Below, piece after piece: positions 61,141 to 64,000 of a DNA stretch of 64,000 bases. The notes under the pieces were generated by a model. That model was not told where the DNA came from, did no database searches, and was given only the letters and a program-made list of their open reading frames with translations. Made by a program: the position numbers and the translations under genes. The DNA comes from an uncultured Bacilli bacterium (lineage in GTDB: Bacteria > Bacillota_I > Bacilli_A > RF39 > UBA660), in the NCBI GenBank assembly GCA_947629935.1, contig CANRFQ010000001.1, positions 95,042 to 159,041 of the forward strand, given 5' to 3'. How positions within the stretch are numbered: the first letter of the stretch is position 1; each line of letters starts with the position of its first letter.

Positions 61141-62070
61141 TCATTTAGATAATTTTCTAATATAAAAATAAGCAATAAGTCTATTTATCGAACGTAAAAA
61201 TTTCTTAGAAACAGTAAAACTGTTTAAATATTCGGATATGGAACCTTTTTGAAAATCTAAAATCCCATTTAACTCATGACTATCTGGATATATGTGCCCA
61301 TAAAAATTTTGGGGAATAAAATAACGCATCAAGAAAAATCTCAAAGAAACTCCTTCAATTTGCAAAGCTTTAATATATAATGCATTAGTAGATATTTGGT
61401 ATTTTTTACCACCTGATAAATTAAATGTTTTTTTATTTAATTTTCGTTTATTTGTTAAGCTCGTAATTAAAGCATTTGCTACTAAAGAATTAGTTATTAC
61501 TTCAATTTTTGTATTTAAAGGAATATTATACATAAACGAATTATAATTATTCTTTTCAATAATTAATGGCACACGATATATAGTGTAATTAGTTAAATTC
61601 TTTCTAATATAATCTTCTATTTTATACTTATTTTGACTATATATATCATGATTTAAAATATTAATATCACTATCAACCGTTGCCTGTTTAACATTGCCAT
61701 AAACTGCTGTTGTCGAAAGAAATATAAAATAAGCTTTAGGATTAAATTCCTTTATCGCATCTATTATACTTTTACTACCGCCATACTCAATAATATTAGC
61801 TAAATTAGGATGTAACTCCGTAGTCGGAGGCATAAGTCCCGCTAAATGAAAAATTACATCGTGATCTTTTATTAAAGCATTCATAATTGTACTATCGTTT
61901 ATATCGCCATAAACTATATTAATCTTATTTTTAAATTTATTAAGAGTTTTAACAGATTTCGTACTTTTTAAATCTAAAGCTGTTATTTCATAGTTACCAC
62001 TATTTAAAAGCTTAGATATTAATTTTTTTCCTACTATTCCACTTGCCCCTGTTACTAAACACTTCTTCAT
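61141..62070 (-). CDS. NAD-dependent epimerase/dehydratase (SDR superfamily)
   Basis: N-terminal VTGASGIVGKKL Rossmann motif. Confidence 0.7.
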   Translation of the reverse strand: MKKCLVTGASGIVGKKLISKLLNSGNYEITALDLKSTKSVKTLNKFKNKINIVYGDINDSTIMNALIKDHDVIFHLAGLMPPTTELHPNLANIIEYGGSKSIIDAIKEFNPKAYFIFLSTTAVYGNVKQATVDSDINILNHDIYSQNKYKIEDYIRKNLTNYTIYRVPLIIEKNNYNSFMYNIPLNTKIEVITNSLVANALITSLTNKRKLNKKTFNLSGGKKYQISTNALYIKALQIEGVSLRFFLMRYFIPQNFYGHIYPDSHELNGILDFQKGSISEYLNSFTVSKKFLRSINRLIAYFYIRKLSK

Positions 62071-62083
62071 AGTCTTACTCCTT

Positions 62084-62848
62084 TTATAAAAATAATGTTG
62101 CGGTCATTAGAACTAATCCCGTAATTAGACCTAAAATTATTTCCTTATGTTTAATATTATTTTTTATTTCCCCAAATAATTCAAAAAAAGAAATATAAAT
62201 TAGCATTCCACACGTTATACACATTAAAATTCCTAAAAAAACTTCGTTAATATTATTAAAAATAGCAACCATTAACCCTCCCAGTAAAGGAGATATTATT
62301 AATAATCCATAAGTTATTACCCGATTAAATTTATTTTTAATAATATCTAATGTTAAGGATATTTCCATTCCTAAGGGAATATTATGTAAGGCTACTCCAA
62401 GTCCCATTAATAATCCCGCTTTTAAAGAAGTTATACTAAGACTATAAATAGCCATACCTTCAATGATGTTATGAATAATTAAAGCCACACTTGTCATTAT
62501 TCCAATATGAATCAAATGGTTTTCATGTTCCACAATATTAGTTTCTGCTTCTTGATGGTGGTGGGTATGAGTCGGAACTAAGCTATCTAATATTTTTAAA
62601 ACAATAATCCCAATTAAAGTAAAGCCTAAAAAATAAATTAGGCGTTTATTACCACCCATTTCCCCAAAAGAAGTCATTATCTCGGGAATAATATCTAAAA
62701 TTAACAAGCATATAATTACACTAAAAGCTAAAGCGCTAGCAAATTTATAAAAAAAGTCTTTGCGTTTTACTTTTTTGATAATTAATATACCTAAAAAAAA
62801 TAAAAATCCCGCTATTAAGGTAATTAAAAATGCTAAAAAATTAGTCAT
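62084..62848 (-). CDS. ZIP-family metal transporter
   Basis: His-rich loop (HTHHHQEAE) with HNIIEGMAIY and LHNIPLGMEIS motifs. Confidence 0.65.
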   Translation of the reverse strand: MTNFLAFLITLIAGFLFFLGILIIKKVKRKDFFYKFASALAFSVIICLLILDIIPEIMTSFGEMGGNKRLIYFLGFTLIGIIVLKILDSLVPTHTHHHQEAETNIVEHENHLIHIGIMTSVALIIHNIIEGMAIYSLSITSLKAGLLMGLGVALHNIPLGMEISLTLDIIKNKFNRVITYGLLIISPLLGGLMVAIFNNINEVFLGILMCITCGMLIYISFFELFGEIKNNIKHKEIILGLITGLVLMTATLFL

Positions 62849-62933
62849 TGCAATCTTCCTTTTTCTTTTTTACTTTTTTCTTCAAATTTTCTATCTAAAT
62901 TTTATCTTATCAAATTTCAAAAGTCAATGGACC

Positions 62934-63938
62934 TTAAAATAACTCTAACGTACTAGAAGCATTTAAATCTAAGGAAGCAAATTCTTTTTTTAAATACATG
63001 GGATAAGCAGCGGCTCCTATCATAGCAGCATTATCAGTACAATATTTAAATTCTGGTACAGCTAAATTTACATTATACTCATCACATAGTTTTTCCATTT
63101 CCCTGCGTAAGTATTTATTAGCGGAAACACCCCCAGCAATAATAACATTTTTTATTTGTTCATTTTCAATAGCTTTTTTAACTTTGGAAATTAATTGATT
63201 AATAGCCACCGTCTGAAAAGAGCAAGCTAAATCTGCTTTATTAAGCGTATTTCCTCTTTGCTTTTCATTATGAGCTATATTGATAACACTCGATTTTAAG
63301 CCACTATAAGAAACGTTATAATTATCATTATTATGAATAATCCCTAATTTATAAGTTGGCAAGCCTTCTTGAGCTAATTTTTCCACATTAGGTCCTCCTG
63401 GATATTTCAAGTCCAAAACGCGGGCTACTTTATCAAAGGCTTCCCCAATCGCATCATCTAAAGTTTTGCCTATTACTTTAAAATCATAATCTTTTTGCAT
63501 CATAACTAAATCTGTATGACCACCACTTACTACCAAAGCTAAAAGAGGAAACTTTAAAGTAGAAGTTAAATTATTAGCATAAATATGCCCCGCAATATGA
63601 TTAACAGCAATTAATGGTTTTTCATATAAATAACTTAAGGTTTTAGCAAATTCCACTCCAACTAGTAAACTACCCAATAATCCGGGCGCATAGGTTATAG
63701 CAATAGCATCCATATCTTCTATTTGCATATGAGAATTAGTTAAAACATCATCTAACACCATCGTAATATTTTCCGTATGCATGCGCGAAGCAATTTCAGG
63801 CACAACTCCCCCAAAATTAGCATGAATATCCATTTGGGTTAAAACATTCATATAAATACACTCGTGACCATTTTTAACAATTGCTATACTAGTTTCATCA
63901 CAAGACGTTTCAATCGCTAAAATATATACATTTTTCAT
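62934..63938 (-). CDS. tsaD: tRNA N6-adenosine threonylcarbamoyltransferase
   Basis: MKNVYILAIETSCDETSIAIV N-terminus and metal-binding histidines (HIAGH). Confidence 0.9.
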   Translation of the reverse strand: MKNVYILAIETSCDETSIAIVKNGHECIYMNVLTQMDIHANFGGVVPEIASRMHTENITMVLDDVLTNSHMQIEDMDAIAITYAPGLLGSLLVGVEFAKTLSYLYEKPLIAVNHIAGHIYANNLTSTLKFPLLALVVSGGHTDLVMMQKDYDFKVIGKTLDDAIGEAFDKVARVLDLKYPGGPNVEKLAQEGLPTYKLGIIHNNDNYNVSYSGLKSSVINIAHNEKQRGNTLNKADLACSFQTVAINQLISKVKKAIENEQIKNVIIAGGVSANKYLRREMEKLCDEYNVNLAVPEFKYCTDNAAMIGAAAYPMYLKKEFASLDLNASSTLELF

Positions 63939-64000
63939 TTTTCATACTTCCTTCCCATTAAATATCCATCACCATCAGGGTAATAATTTTTACGAATAGT
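63910..64000 (-). CDS. 3' end of an upstream gene (partial; likely GNAT/rimI-like by position)
   Basis: Open frame ...TIRKNYYPDGDGYLMGRKYEKCIYFSD* ending at 63910. It overlaps the tsaD start. Identity is inferred only from the usual tsaB-rimI-tsaD neighbourhood. Confidence 0.25.

Overview
Low-GC (~27-30%) Firmicute-type chromosomal window read with the standard genetic code (Trp = TGG; long ORFs are intact across TGA, so this is not the Mollicutes code 4). The gene calls are my own reading of the six-frame track and raw sequence; no database searches were run.

Most of the window is housekeeping. It contains a Leu-T-box-controlled leuS, a Tyr-T-box-controlled tyrS, dusB, pepF, ldh, prs, an aquaporin, a heterodimeric ABC exporter, two ZIP metal transporters, tsaD, a YebC-family regulator, tRNA-Asn and tRNA-Cys.

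Several regions stand out:
1. A BclA-like collagen (Gly-X-Y) glycoprotein gene appears to be split by a 2.6-kb intervening element. The element carries a large serine recombinase and is bounded by a 4-bp direct repeat (AACT) and imperfect inverted repeats. Precise excision would restore a continuous in-frame 288-aa collagen-like ORF. A GT2-TPR glycosyltransferase sits immediately downstream and a sigma-K-like promoter sits upstream. This resembles the skin/SPbeta type of developmentally excised element.
2. The primary sigma factor RpoD carries a roughly 1200-aa C-terminal extension built from tandem degenerate region-4-like repeats. A second sigma-70 paralog lies 18 bp downstream.
3. LeuRS carries an in-frame Nudix hydrolase domain insertion, and a decayed second leuS copy (pseudogene) lies elsewhere in the window.
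4. A compact type VIIb secretion locus contains essC, a yukD/esaB-like gene and WXG100 genes, with no recognisable esaA, essA or essB.
5. An integrative island follows tRNA-Cys. It carries a second large serine recombinase, an XRE repressor, an HD-domain gene pair and a duplicated ~135-bp hairpin-containing repeat.
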